A stretch of 64,000 nt of DNA, from contig CALMGJ010000012.1 in the NCBI GenBank assembly GCA_937863565.1, forward strand, positions 62,001 to 126,000, in the 5' to 3' direction. The DNA comes from an uncultured bacterium (GTDB lineage: Bacteria > AUK180). The notes beneath the pieces are model-generated. The model saw only the letters and a program-made list of their open reading frames with translations. It made no database searches and was not told the origin of the DNA. Shown one piece after another: positions 27,065 through 37,373 of this stretch; the stretch's first letter is position 1, and every line of letters starts with the position of its first letter. The position numbers were made by a program, and so were the translations under genes.

Positions 27065-28262
27065 CTGTTTTCCTCCGGAACAGCAGTAAAAAGAAGATCA
27101 CGGCGGCAAGGCTGAAAAAAGCGCCGGTGAGGAATGCAATTCTATAATTGAAATATCTCCAGAGAAGTCCGAAGAGAATTGAGGCGGGAAGTTTCGTGAT
27201 CCCCGTAATCCCGTTATAAAGTCCGAAAGCTTTTCCATGAGCTTCCTTGGGTGCAAGGTCAGCCACGAGCGCTTTCTCCACTCCTTCGGTCAGCGCGAAA
27301 TATATCCCGTACACGGCAAATATCACCCACACCATGATAGCCGAAAGATTCAGCGAGAAGATGAAATAAACGGCACAGTAAAGGATCCATCCCGCGATCA
27401 TCGGTTTGACTCTTCCTATCCTGTCGGACAACTTCCCGAAAAGTGGAGAGATCGAGATCTTGAAAAGGTGGAAAAAGGACCAAAGGACGGGGATGAGGAT
27501 AACGCTTATGCCGGCTTCCTTTGCTCTGAGTATAAGGAATGCATCGGATGAATTTCCCAAAGTGAAGATAAACAGCGCGGCAAAGAATATCCGGAGGTCT
27601 TTCCTTACCGGCGTTTTTCCCGCCGATGGCCTGCTTCGGGGATCGTGACCGGAACGGTCTTCCTTCACAAAGAAAACGAAGATCAGAACGGAGATGAGGC
27701 CGGGTGCCAGAGAAAGCCAGAATACGGCCTGATAATCGACAATACAGGGATAATGCGGGTCCTTGGCGAAAATGAGAAGAATGAGTGAGGCGGCCAGCGG
27801 CCCGATAACGGCTCCCAAATTATCCATGGCCCTGTGAAAGCTGAATGCGAATCCCCGGTTCTCACGGGGAGTAGAACCGGAAAGGATGGCGTCTCTCGGT
27901 GCAGTTCTTATTCCCTTTCCCACGCGGTCCAGGAACCTGAAGATGAAAAGAGTCCACCAATTCGACGCGAGCGCCATAAGCGGCCGCGAAGCATTGGAGA
28001 GCGTATATCCGGTTATAGCGAACGGTTTTTTAGACCTTGCCCTGTCAGAAAGCTCGCCAAACCAGTATTTCCCGATCGCCGCGACGGTCTCGGCAATACC
28101 CTCGATGATGCCGAGGATGAAAGTGGTCTGCACTCCGGAGACGGCGGAAAGGAAAAGAGGAATGAGCGGATAGATCATATCGGAAGCGATATCATTGAAC
28201 ATGCTGGCCAGCGAGACCGGGATCAGATTTTTAGAGAATAATTTTTTTCCGTCAGTCCTCAA
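27054..28262 (-). CDS. Major facilitator superfamily transporter
   Basis: G.LSDR twice, DRVGKGIRTAPRDA, HRAMD; about 12 TM; TTG start uncertain. Confidence 0.92.
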   Translation of the reverse strand: MRTDGKKLFSKNLIPVSLASMFNDIASDMIYPLIPLFLSAVSGVQTTFILGIIEGIAETVAAIGKYWFGELSDRARSKKPFAITGYTLSNASRPLMALASNWWTLFIFRFLDRVGKGIRTAPRDAILSGSTPRENRGFAFSFHRAMDNLGAVIGPLAASLILLIFAKDPHYPCIVDYQAVFWLSLAPGLISVLIFVFFVKEDRSGHDPRSRPSAGKTPVRKDLRIFFAALFIFTLGNSSDAFLILRAKEAGISVILIPVLWSFFHLFKISISPLFGKLSDRIGRVKPMIAGWILYCAVYFIFSLNLSAIMVWVIFAVYGIYFALTEGVEKALVADLAPKEAHGKAFGLYNGITGITKLPASILFGLLWRYFNYRIAFLTGAFFSLAAVIFFLLLFRRKTDER

Positions 28263-28986
28263 AGATGCACTCCTTATTTATTTCGAAAAGTACTTTCGAG
28301 AACCAGTAGGCAAGAATCCCGGCGGCAAAAATATCCGAGAACCAGTGCTTCCTGAGATAGACCCTTGCCAATGACGCTGAAAGGGCGATCAAAAAGAGCG
28401 TCACCCGCAGCACTTTGCTCTTCACGGAAAGTATGAGGGGGAATACTGCTGCGAAAATAATGATCGAATGCCCCGAAGGGTAACTTTTATAGTCGATCTT
28501 CCAGAGCCTTCCGGCCGCGGAAGAAAGGTCGAAGCGGAAAAAGTCCAGAGGCTCTCCTGTAATATAGGGTTTGGCCCTGTGGGTGATGAACTTGACGATC
28601 TGCGCCGCGGCGCCGCTAAAAAGGGATGATACGGCTGAAAGCGAGATCAGTCGTGAAGGCCTTCTGTCGTTCAGCAAAAGCGAAACGAGGAAAAGTCCGC
28701 TCAATGCGGGATACAGATACCGTCCGTCCCCGAATTTATTTGTGATCCTGAAAAATCCGCCGAGAAACCCTATCCTGCAAAAGTGCTCATCTATCTTTGC
28801 ATCGAAAAGAAAAATAAGGATCATTGTCATCGCCAATAAACAACAAAGACGGAGGATGTTCCTTCTCCCTTTGAACATGGCCGCACATGATCTGAAAAAG
28901 CCTCGCATAGTGCCGGTTTTAAAGGCGCGGATAACGATATAAGCCAGTAAGGCATAGGACGCGTATTCAAAAAACTTATGCATCAT
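28252..28986 (-). CDS. PAP2-family membrane phosphatase
   Basis: K....R.KP, SYPSGH, ARVYL.KHW.SD. Confidence 0.9.
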   Translation of the reverse strand: MMHKFFEYASYALLAYIVIRAFKTGTMRGFFRSCAAMFKGRRNILRLCCLLAMTMILIFLFDAKIDEHFCRIGFLGGFFRITNKFGDGRYLYPALSGLFLVSLLLNDRRPSRLISLSAVSSLFSGAAAQIVKFITHRAKPYITGEPLDFFRFDLSSAAGRLWKIDYKSYPSGHSIIIFAAVFPLILSVKSKVLRVTLFLIALSASLARVYLRKHWFSDIFAAGILAYWFSKVLFEINKECIFED

Positions 28987-29062
28987 GTGAAATTATACAC
29001 AAAAAAACGGTTTTTCCAAATAAACGGCTTTGCCCGGTCTGGGATTTATGATATATTTGAAT

Positions 29063-29947
29063 ATGAAAAGCACGGAAGAATATATCGGTCTCATTAAAAG
29101 GGAATTTCCCGGTTTCGGATACAGGGAGGTTCGTGATATAAGAATCGGCTGGGATCACGTAATACTCATCTTCGACGGAGAGCGCGTATTCCGTTTCCCG
29201 AAGACGGCGGAATACAGAGAAAGGCTTTCGCGCGAGGCCGCATTCACGGCATTTCTGAAAACCCGAACAGAGATAAGCCTTCCGGAATACGAATTCGTTG
29301 CCGCCGGCGGCTCTTTCGGCATATACAGGATGCTTCCCGGGGAAGAGCTCACATTGTCCGTTTACACTGCACTCCCCGCGAAAAAGAAGGAAAGGATCGA
29401 AGAGCAGATCTCCGGGTTCATAAAAATGCTCCACGGCACACCGCCGGCCGATACGGGCCTTGCATTTCCTTCGGAAAACCTTAGAGAGCAGGCCGAAACG
29501 CTGAGCGCCGATACAGAGAAATTCCTCGAACCCGTGCTTTCAAAAGAAGAATACGCAACAGCAAAAAAGCTTATCCGGGCATTCCTCGAAATGAGAGTGC
29601 GTACCGAGGACAAGGCTCTCGTACACAATGATCTCGGACCGGAACATATACTCTATGACGGAAATGACAGAATATCCGTCATCGATTTCAGCGATGCCGC
29701 GATAGGGGATATCTCCATCGATTTCACCGGGATAAGGCTTTACGGAAGACCCTTTTTCGACAGGGTCTGTTCGCTTTACGGCGCGGGGAACAGGGATGAT
29801 ATTTTCCGGCGGACGGAGATCTTTCTGGGACGCGCCATGGTGAGCCTTATGATCGATTCGTTCAAGGGTTTTCCGGTCAATTTCTCCGAATCTTACGCGG
29901 ATTTCAGGAATTTCATCGATAAATTCGGTGATTTTTCAATTTTATAG
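29063..29947 (+). CDS. Aminoglycoside-phosphotransferase (APH)-family kinase
   Basis: GWD, VFRFP, HNDL (Brenner-type), IDFSD; start moved to ATG 29063 after TGaTATATT-N5. Confidence 0.85.
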   Translation: MKSTEEYIGLIKREFPGFGYREVRDIRIGWDHVILIFDGERVFRFPKTAEYRERLSREAAFTAFLKTRTEISLPEYEFVAAGGSFGIYRMLPGEELTLSVYTALPAKKKERIEEQISGFIKMLHGTPPADTGLAFPSENLREQAETLSADTEKFLEPVLSKEEYATAKKLIRAFLEMRVRTEDKALVHNDLGPEHILYDGNDRISVIDFSDAAIGDISIDFTGIRLYGRPFFDRVCSLYGAGNRDDIFRRTEIFLGRAMVSLMIDSFKGFPVNFSESYADFRNFIDKFGDFSIL

Positions 29948-29958
29948 TATAATAATTT

Positions 29959-31368
29959 ATGAAAAAAGTAATAATACTCATCTTTTTCACGGCTATGGTG
30001 ATGTTCACCGTGAGCATTGAGGAATACATGGAAATGGCCCTCGAGAGATCCAATGCCTACAGGATCGCAGAAAGCGAATACAGGATGAAAGAGGTTTCCT
30101 ACCGCATCGCAAAAGGCGCTTTTCTACCCGAAGTGCTGTTCAAATTCCGCGCGCCCGACTATTCCTGGCGGGAGGACCTCATTAACTATTTCGGCCTTCC
30201 GCAGAGGATATCCTTCATTTCGGAAACGAACAATACCGGCGCCAGCCTCGGCCTTTCCCAATGGCTTCCCTTCTCCGGCCGCCTCAACATCACGGGCAGC
30301 TTCAGCAAATACAGATCCGAGTATAATCTTTACGACGATATTGATGAATTCGACCTTAACACGTCTCTAAGCCTGACCGTGCCGATACTGGAAGAAGACC
30401 TTCAGGTGGTCGAGGCGCGCAGAAAAAAATGCGATCTTCTCATCGCCAAAAACAAATTCGATAAAGAGAAAAAGACCATCGAAAAGAACGCCGCGTCATT
30501 CTATATAATGGCTCAGTTGTACGCGGTGAGGGAAATGATCGCCCGCGAGGAACTCTCCAATACGGAGCGGTTGTATGAAATGACCAGGGATAAATTGAAA
30601 ACAGGCATCTCTTCGGAGCTTGATCTTCTTGATATAGAGATCCGCCTTTCCGAAAAGAAGATAGGCCTTCTCGAAGCGGAGAATCAGAAGGGGATGGCCT
30701 TTAAAAAACTCAAGGATTTCGTGAACTCCGGCGCGGAGATCGCAGTTGATGAAGGGCAGGCCGAGCTTTTCGACGGGAAACCGGATTTTGATTATGAGGA
30801 CATTCTCTCCCGCGCGTTGAGAACTGATGAGAATCTCGACAGCCTGGAACTCCAGATAGGCCTCATTAAAAGAGAACTGCGATACGATGTATTCAGGAAA
30901 TATTTCTCCGCGAGCGTCAGCGCGGGGTACACGCTTGACGGGAAAGGTGAAACAGCGGACGAGGCCTTAGGGGATTTCAGGAAGAACTACTGGTTCGTTT
31001 TCCTCAATCTTTCAGTCCCGATATTCACCGGGTCCATAAAATCGAGCGAGATCAAATATAAGGAATTATCGCTTCAAAAGATCGAACTGGACAAGGATGA
31101 ATATGAAAAGAACCTAATCGAGCAGATCCGCACCTCATATGACAGATATACGCTTCTTAAAAAGAACCTCGACCTCGCGAGGATGCAGGCGGACAAAGCA
31201 AAAAAGCTCTTCGAGCTGACGGAATTGAGATATGCCAAAGGCCTGGAAAGCCTTGACAGGATGAAAGAGGTCGAAGTGGCTTATGAGAACGCCCGTTATT
31301 CGCTGGGCAATACCATTAAGGAACTCAATATCAGTTATCTTGAATTGATCTACTATTCGGAGGAATAA
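29959..31368 (+). CDS. TolC-family outer membrane protein
   Basis: Signal peptide, A...FLP, two repeats ending LSLTVPI / LSVPIF.G, RY..G. Confidence 0.85.
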   Translation: MKKVIILIFFTAMVMFTVSIEEYMEMALERSNAYRIAESEYRMKEVSYRIAKGAFLPEVLFKFRAPDYSWREDLINYFGLPQRISFISETNNTGASLGLSQWLPFSGRLNITGSFSKYRSEYNLYDDIDEFDLNTSLSLTVPILEEDLQVVEARRKKCDLLIAKNKFDKEKKTIEKNAASFYIMAQLYAVREMIAREELSNTERLYEMTRDKLKTGISSELDLLDIEIRLSEKKIGLLEAENQKGMAFKKLKDFVNSGAEIAVDEGQAELFDGKPDFDYEDILSRALRTDENLDSLELQIGLIKRELRYDVFRKYFSASVSAGYTLDGKGETADEALGDFRKNYWFVFLNLSVPIFTGSIKSSEIKYKELSLQKIELDKDEYEKNLIEQIRTSYDRYTLLKKNLDLARMQADKAKKLFELTELRYAKGLESLDRMKEVEVAYENARYSLGNTIKELNISYLELIYYSEE

Positions 31369-31369
31369 T

Positions 31370-32080
31370 ATGTGGTTTAAGATCCTTTTAAATCAGATCC
31401 TTGCACCCGAAAAAGCATATAACGACCTTGATCAGGAATACGGCAAGAACGAATTCTATGCTTATCCCTGGATCTTCGTGCTTCTGGTCTACTCGGCTAT
31501 AATGATCCCGGCCTCGCTCAGTATGACGCCGAAAATGAAGCAGTTCATTCCGGCCTTTGTCGAGAAGATGGCCGAAAAGAACGGTTTCAACGAAGCGATG
31601 ACGGCAAGAGTGATGACTTCAATGGAAAAGAGCATCTCTTTCCAATCCTACTTCATCCCGGTCAATCTCATCCTAATCATTCTTCTTGTATCTCTTCTTA
31701 CATGGATATACCTTTACTTGTTCTATTACAATCTGAGTTTCGGGAAGATATACACCGTGATGATGCTTTCATATGCTCCCGCTATTATCGGCTCCCTTGT
31801 CTCGATCGCATACCATCATGCCACGGGCTTCAAGGGTATTGCGGGATTCGGCGATTTTCAGAATATGACCCTGGGAGTGCATCTTTTCATCAAGGGGCTC
31901 AATCCCGTTCTGAAGAACTTCCTCTCTTTTGTTAATATCTTCAGCCTGTGGAGTCTTTTCGTAACTATAACGGGGATATCCGTGCTGTCCAAAAAGCCGT
32001 TCGCCAGAACGGCGTTCATCCTGTTCATCCCGTATCTTATTCTGAACGCCGGCCTTGCTTTCCTTCGTGGTAATGTATGA
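31370..32080 (+). CDS. Yip1-domain membrane protein (YknW-like)
   Basis: IL.PEK.Y, about 5 TM, NIFSLW; position before MFP. Confidence 0.7.
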   Translation: MWFKILLNQILAPEKAYNDLDQEYGKNEFYAYPWIFVLLVYSAIMIPASLSMTPKMKQFIPAFVEKMAEKNGFNEAMTARVMTSMEKSISFQSYFIPVNLILIILLVSLLTWIYLYLFYYNLSFGKIYTVMMLSYAPAIIGSLVSIAYHHATGFKGIAGFGDFQNMTLGVHLFIKGLNPVLKNFLSFVNIFSLWSLFVTITGISVLSKKPFARTAFILFIPYLILNAGLAFLRGNV

Positions 32081-33225
32081 ACCGTTCAAGGATCATCCTC
32101 TACTTTGTTCTCATCTTCATCGCCGTGACGATAGTTGTGGGCATCTTCAGCAAGAAGAAGGGCGCTTTAGAGAAGGTCAGATGCGTGGAAACCCTGCGTT
32201 CGGACTTCGAAGGTTATATATTCACGAACGGGTACTTGAAATACAGGATCATCGAAAAATACGGCGGCGAATACCAGGGTAGGATAAAGAAGATCTATTA
32301 TTCTCCCGGGCAATCGTTCAAGAAAGGCGATAAGCTTATGGAGATAGGGGATTCATCTTTCTTGTTCGACCTTTTCACCGATTATGCAAGGGCAAAGGTG
32401 AACTTCGATTCTCTCGAAGTAGAATACAACGGCGCGCTTTCTGTTTTCGATCGCGGCGGGATATCCTTAAGCGAGATGAACAAGCTGAAAGCCCGGTATT
32501 TTGAAGCGAAAACATATTATGAGAATCACAAATTCCTTTATTACCGGAATTCGGGGTACGGATACGATAACGGGGATTTCCTTGTCCGGGCGCCTTTCAA
32601 CGGAAAAGTGCTTTCCGTGAACTACCAGGACGGGGAGAATCTCAGCAAGGTGCAGACCATAATGGAAGTGTCAAGAGACACGGATATGTACGCCGTTCTT
32701 AATGTGAATATCCTTGATTCGAAAAAGATCAAGGTCGGCGATCCCGTCTCTATCACTTCGGACGTACTCCCGTCTTTCAAAGCGGAAGGCAAGATCGAAA
32801 GCGTTTCGCTCATCCCGAGGCAGCTCAATGAGACTCAGGTGATAGAGGTCCATGCGGGGATTGAGATGTCGGAAACCCTTCCGGACAATATACCCATAGA
32901 GGGTAAGATCGTATATGAAGTGCTGAAGGATGTTCTCAGCATCCCGCTCGAATCTCTCTCCGAGAACAAGAACTATTTCAAGAACAAGAAGAAGGAATCT
33001 TTGTATTATGTATTCGTGGTGAAACCGGAGGATGCCAAGAAGAGGCATGGCATCCTCGAGAAAAGGGATGTCCAGATCGGAATGCAGAACGATTTTTTTG
33101 CCGAGATCACGGATGGCCTCAAGGAAGGGGAGATGGTCGTGAATTATTCGGAGAAACCCGTTTTCAACAAAGAGGATGTTGAATATGAAATTGATAGAAC
33201 TCAAGAAGATATCAAAGATCTATAG
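32077..33225 (+). CDS. Efflux membrane-fusion (periplasmic adaptor) protein
   Basis: N-terminal anchor, lipoyl halves (G.I..I...G..FKKGD; RAPFNGKV), EITDGLKEGE.VV. Confidence 0.88.
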   Translation: MNRSRIILYFVLIFIAVTIVVGIFSKKKGALEKVRCVETLRSDFEGYIFTNGYLKYRIIEKYGGEYQGRIKKIYYSPGQSFKKGDKLMEIGDSSFLFDLFTDYARAKVNFDSLEVEYNGALSVFDRGGISLSEMNKLKARYFEAKTYYENHKFLYYRNSGYGYDNGDFLVRAPFNGKVLSVNYQDGENLSKVQTIMEVSRDTDMYAVLNVNILDSKKIKVGDPVSITSDVLPSFKAEGKIESVSLIPRQLNETQVIEVHAGIEMSETLPDNIPIEGKIVYEVLKDVLSIPLESLSENKNYFKNKKKESLYYVFVVKPEDAKKRHGILEKRDVQIGMQNDFFAEITDGLKEGEMVVNYSEKPVFNKEDVEYEIDRTQEDIKDL

Positions 33226-33871
33226 GATGGGCAAGATCGATGTGGCTGCCCTGCAAAGCATAGATCTGGATATAGATAAAGGAGAGTATCTCGCCATCAT
33301 GGGGCCTTCAGGGTCCGGCAAATCCACTTTGATGAACGTGATCGGCTGCCTTGACACGCCGTCTTCGGGAGAATATCATCTCACCGGAGATAATGTGAGC
33401 AGACTTTCGGACAATGAACTGGCGGCGATACGGAACAGGAAGATTGGATTCGTTTTCCAGACATTCAACCTTCTTCCTCGGATGAATGCCAGAAAGAACG
33501 TGGAACTGCCCCTCATTTACAGCGGAATGAAAAAAAAGGACCGCGAACATCGTGCAGTCGAACTTCTCGAGAAGGTCGGCATCGGCGACAGGGTAAACCA
33601 TCTTCCCGGGGAGCTTTCCGGCGGACAAAGGCAGAAGGTGGCCATTGCTCGCGCTTTGGCCAACAATCCGGACATCATACTCGCGGACGAACCGACGGGG
33701 AACCTTGATTCCAGGTCCGGCGAAGAGATCATGAAGATCTTCGACGACCTCAATAAGGAAGGTGTAACGCTCATCGTGGTGACGCACGAGAAGGATATCG
33801 CAAAACACATGCACTATATAATCCATCTCAAGGACGGCCTTATCGTGGAGAAAGAGATAAACGGCAAATGA
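33185..33871 (+). CDS. ABC transporter ATP-binding protein (LolD/MacB/YknY type)
   Basis: [29 protein letters not shown]. Confidence 0.95.
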   Translation: MKLIELKKISKIYRMGKIDVAALQSIDLDIDKGEYLAIMGPSGSGKSTLMNVIGCLDTPSSGEYHLTGDNVSRLSDNELAAIRNRKIGFVFQTFNLLPRMNARKNVELPLIYSGMKKKDREHRAVELLEKVGIGDRVNHLPGELSGGQRQKVAIARALANNPDIILADEPTGNLDSRSGEEIMKIFDDLNKEGVTLIVVTHEKDIAKHMHYIIHLKDGLIVEKEINGK

Positions 33872-35067
33872 GCGGATATTTCGAAGAACTGGTCCAGACA
33901 ATTTCAAGCCTCAAGGAACAGGCGATGAGGTCGCTGCTCACGATGATAGGCATCATCGTGGGCGTTATGGCCATAATAGGCATTGTATCCATCGGCCAGG
34001 CCGGCAAGAATTCGATAAAGAAGGACCTTGAAAGCTTCGGAACCAATATCGCCGCCATGTGGCCGGAGCGCCGCGAGAATTCCGTTTACAAACCCCTTAA
34101 TAAATACGATGCGGAATTTTTAAGGCACCTCGCCTTTATCGAGTCCGTTTCTCCCATCTACTACCTTTACAAGGAAGTGCGGTACAATGATTTCAAAACG
34201 ACCACGATGGTCAACGGGGTGAACGAGGGTTATTTCAAACTCAATAACAGAACGGTCTCGACGGGGCGTCTTTTTACGGAAAAAGAGAATACGGGGTCAA
34301 GGAGAGTGTGCGTCATTACCGAAGGTATAAAGAACGATATCCAGAAGAAATACGGCATCGTCAATCCCGTCGGCAGGATCATCAAGATAGGAGATTTCCC
34401 CTTCTATATCATCGGCGTACTGAAAAAACCGGAACTGAAATCATTCCTCTCTACGCTCATGAGCGAAGAGAGGGATGTGTATGTTCCGGAGAACGCCCTT
34501 AAGATAACATTTGGCAATTTCGATATCCGGTATCTGATCTTCGGTCTCAAGGAAGGCGTTAAACCGGAAAAGGCTAAAAACTCTCTCGAGTTCCTTTTCC
34601 GTTTGAGAAAGGGAAAGAACACTTATTACGGAATGAACTTTCTCGAAAGTCAGGTCAATGTTTTCACCGGAGTGATGAATAAGATCACTTTCATCATTAC
34701 CCTGATCGGCGCGCTGTCGCTCTTTGTCGGCGGCGTGGGCATTATGAACATCATGTTCATTTCGGTTACCGAAAGAACGAGGGAGATCGGAATAAGAAAA
34801 GCGCTTGGCGCTTCCCAGAACGCGATTATGAGGCAATTTCTCAGCGAAGCCGTCATCATCTCTTTTGCCGGATCGACGCTCGGCGTTCTTGTGGGCATAC
34901 TCATTACGATACTCATTGAAAGCGCCATAAAATGGGGGATCTATATCTCAGCCCTGAGCGTGGTCATTTCGTATGTGTTCTCCACTCTGATCGGTATTAC
35001 CTTCGGCCTGCTCCCGGCAAAGAAAGCCGCTTCGCTGAATCCGATAGACGCGTTAAGGTACGAATAA
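33868..35067 (+). CDS. ABC permease (MacB/FtsX/YknZ type)
   Basis: RSLLTMIGI, GGVGIMNIM..SV.ERTREIGIRKALGA, PA.KAA.LNPIDALRYE. Confidence 0.95.
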   Translation: MSGYFEELVQTISSLKEQAMRSLLTMIGIIVGVMAIIGIVSIGQAGKNSIKKDLESFGTNIAAMWPERRENSVYKPLNKYDAEFLRHLAFIESVSPIYYLYKEVRYNDFKTTTMVNGVNEGYFKLNNRTVSTGRLFTEKENTGSRRVCVITEGIKNDIQKKYGIVNPVGRIIKIGDFPFYIIGVLKKPELKSFLSTLMSEERDVYVPENALKITFGNFDIRYLIFGLKEGVKPEKAKNSLEFLFRLRKGKNTYYGMNFLESQVNVFTGVMNKITFIITLIGALSLFVGGVGIMNIMFISVTERTREIGIRKALGASQNAIMRQFLSEAVIISFAGSTLGVLVGILITILIESAIKWGIYISALSVVISYVFSTLIGITFGLLPAKKAASLNPIDALRYE

Positions 35068-35083
35068 AAAGAAAGGAGGTCAT

Positions 35084-35428
35084 ATGGACAAGATCCTTGC
35101 TTCATGCGGGCTCGATTGTGCAACATGCTGCGCATATATTTGTTTCAAGAATGATGATCAGAAGTTACGGATAAAATCTGCAGCCGAATGGTCTGAAAGG
35201 TATCATGCGGACGTGAAGCCGGAAGATGTGAACTGTTCGGGCTGTCTTGAAACCGGCCCGAAGATAAAGCATTGCAACGAGTGTGCGATGAGATTATGCA
35301 CGATAAAGAAGAACATCAAGCATTGCGGCCTCTGCGGGGATTATCCTTGTCCCGATCTCAATAAATTCTTCGAAATGGTCCCCGGAGCGAAAAAGACCCT
35401 TGATGATCTGAGAGCGGAAAAAAAGTAA
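35084..35428 (+). CDS. Cys-rich small protein (DUF3795-like)
   Basis: CGLDC..C, C.GC, C..C.MR.C, HCG.C..YPC; SD GGAGG. Confidence 0.8.
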   Translation: MDKILASCGLDCATCCAYICFKNDDQKLRIKSAAEWSERYHADVKPEDVNCSGCLETGPKIKHCNECAMRLCTIKKNIKHCGLCGDYPCPDLNKFFEMVPGAKKTLDDLRAEKK

Positions 35429-35430
35429 AT

Positions 35431-36309
35431 TCAGACCGAAGGGATTTTTCGCAATTCCTTTCCGATAAGCACGGATAACCCGCACAAAAAGAGGAAGAAG
35501 GCAATCCATCCTGCCGCGGCCGGTCTTTCGCCAAGCATTATTATTGAAAGCACGCCTCCGATGAATGGCGCTGCCATGAAAAGAGCGGCGGTTCTTGCCG
35601 CGCCTATCAATTTCAAAGAATCGATATAGAAAACCAGGCTGCAGCCGAAACTGAGGATACCGATAAGTAGGATGAGCGGCGCCTTGCTTGTCAGAAACGG
35701 GATTCGGAATACAACGGCATAAAGGAAAAGTATCGCTGCTGCAACCAACCCCTTGTATTTGGCAAGATCGACGGATCCGATCGAACGGATCCTTGCGGAA
35801 AGATTATTGTCGATAGCCCATCCGAATTGGGAGGCGAAAAGAAGGATGAAACCTTTAACGGAAAAAATTCCCTCCCCTCCCGAGTCAAGAAAGAAGATTC
35901 CCGCAGTGAGAAGCGCCACGGCGACCAGAAGATGGAGCGTGATCTTTTCTTTGAAAAAGATCCCTGCGATTAGAACGGTTATTACCGCTTCGAAACTGAG
36001 CGTCAGCGAAGCGGCGAAACCGGAAATAAGTGTAAGTCCGGTAAAAAGGCACAGCGGTGCAAATACCCCTCCCGATAATGAAGCCAGAAAAAAATAGATA
36101 AGATCTTTTGGCGTTATCCGCTCGTTCTTATCAGCCTCCTTCCGTTTAAATATTATCCCGTAAACGAAAAGGCCCAGAAAAGCGCCGGCGTAAAGGTACA
36201 TCGATATGGTGAGGGGATTTACCGAACCCAGCAGAGCTTTGCTCACCGGAATGCTTATCCCGAAGATCAATGCGGCAAAGATAGCGGGAATAAAATTCCT
36301 TGCCGGCAT
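35431..36309 (-). CDS. EamA/DMT-family transporter
   Basis: 10 TM in two repeats; WAIDNNL, IGAART. Confidence 0.88.
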   Translation of the reverse strand: MPARNFIPAIFAALIFGISIPVSKALLGSVNPLTISMYLYAGAFLGLFVYGIIFKRKEADKNERITPKDLIYFFLASLSGGVFAPLCLFTGLTLISGFAASLTLSFEAVITVLIAGIFFKEKITLHLLVAVALLTAGIFFLDSGGEGIFSVKGFILLFASQFGWAIDNNLSARIRSIGSVDLAKYKGLVAAAILFLYAVVFRIPFLTSKAPLILLIGILSFGCSLVFYIDSLKLIGAARTAALFMAAPFIGGVLSIIMLGERPAAAGWIAFFLFLCGLSVLIGKELRKIPSV

Positions 36310-36324
36310 CTTTTTTACTCCGTA

Positions 36325-37311
36325 TTACATCTTTTTCAGAAGCAGGATCATGCAGACAAAGACAAGGGCGCTTCCGATCATATATGCGAACAATTTGTCG
36401 TTCTTTCTTTCGTAGTATGTGCTTCTCGGAGAAGAAAGCAGTTTGGGTTTATCCACCTGCGTATGTTCTGAAAGATCGGGAAGTTCTTTGTATTCGAGCG
36501 CCGGTTTCCCGCCGGCAAGATATATCGTATAAATAAGATCGGCGTATCTTTTTGCCGCCTTACTGAAACGGTCATAGGTGAGTTCGCGCAATTCATCCCA
36601 GAGTATCTTGTAATATTTATCCGCCGAAAAAAGGGGGTCCTCCCCGCGCGCCATATCGTCCGCATCCAGTATACGCTCGACCGCCGCAAGCGACTCTTCA
36701 ACTATCCCGATCGCGAATTTTCTGATATTCCCGTAGCCGATATCCTCGGGTTCGGCCTCCACGCCATCTCCCCTTTTCCAGTACAGGTTTATCATCGTTG
36801 CCTCAAATCTGGAGTGTATCCCTTTGTTCCCCGTCAGCTGTCCGTCATAATTCCTTGTTGCATGAAGCGGCTGGTGAAGGTCTCCGATATAATGCGCGAG
36901 CACGGCAGAATAAACAGCGATCCTTATGTAGTCTTTTTTTTCGAAGGCCTGCTTCAGAAGCCCCGCATATGATTCAATGGCCCAGACAACAGTGCCGTTA
37001 TCTTTGAGAAATCCGGTTCCGTACGCCTTCTTAATATCCTCGAAATCGCTGTCCGGAGAGACCTTCGGCCGGGCAAGAAATTCCTCGTAGTCCATATAAT
37101 GATTCGGGGATTCCCCCGGATCGGATGTCTTCCATCTGTCGGGGAGGTCCGAGATTCTTGCAATAATATCGGCATAGGCCGTAAATCCCTTCCCCATTTT
37201 CTCCTCAAGCAGCGGTATGCCCGTTCTCGCTATCTCGTAATGAAGACGATATCCCCAGGAAAAGGCAAAAGCAGATATAAGAAGAGCCCCAAAGAGCGCA
37301 ATCCTCTTCAT
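36325..37311 (-). CDS. Zinc-dependent S1/P1 nuclease / phospholipase C family, secreted with C-terminal TM
   Basis: Mature N-terminus WG...H, PD, HYMD, HYIGDLHQPLH, H.RFE. Confidence 0.85.
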   Translation of the reverse strand: MKRIALFGALLISAFAFSWGYRLHYEIARTGIPLLEEKMGKGFTAYADIIARISDLPDRWKTSDPGESPNHYMDYEEFLARPKVSPDSDFEDIKKAYGTGFLKDNGTVVWAIESYAGLLKQAFEKKDYIRIAVYSAVLAHYIGDLHQPLHATRNYDGQLTGNKGIHSRFEATMINLYWKRGDGVEAEPEDIGYGNIRKFAIGIVEESLAAVERILDADDMARGEDPLFSADKYYKILWDELRELTYDRFSKAAKRYADLIYTIYLAGGKPALEYKELPDLSEHTQVDKPKLLSSPRSTYYERKNDKLFAYMIGSALVFVCMILLLKKM

Positions 37312-37316
37312 GGACC

Positions 37317-37368
37317 ATTATACACTTTTTCATGTTTTTTGCAATATCACAATATTTTCTGGTATAAT
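37317..37368. promoter_or_regulatory. Back-to-back leaderless promoters around one palindromic TTGCAA
   Basis: TATAAT(-) 37317-22 and TGgTATAAT(+) 37363-68, each 5 nt from an ATG; TTGCAA at 37339-44. Confidence 0.7.
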
Positions 37369-37373
37369 TCATC

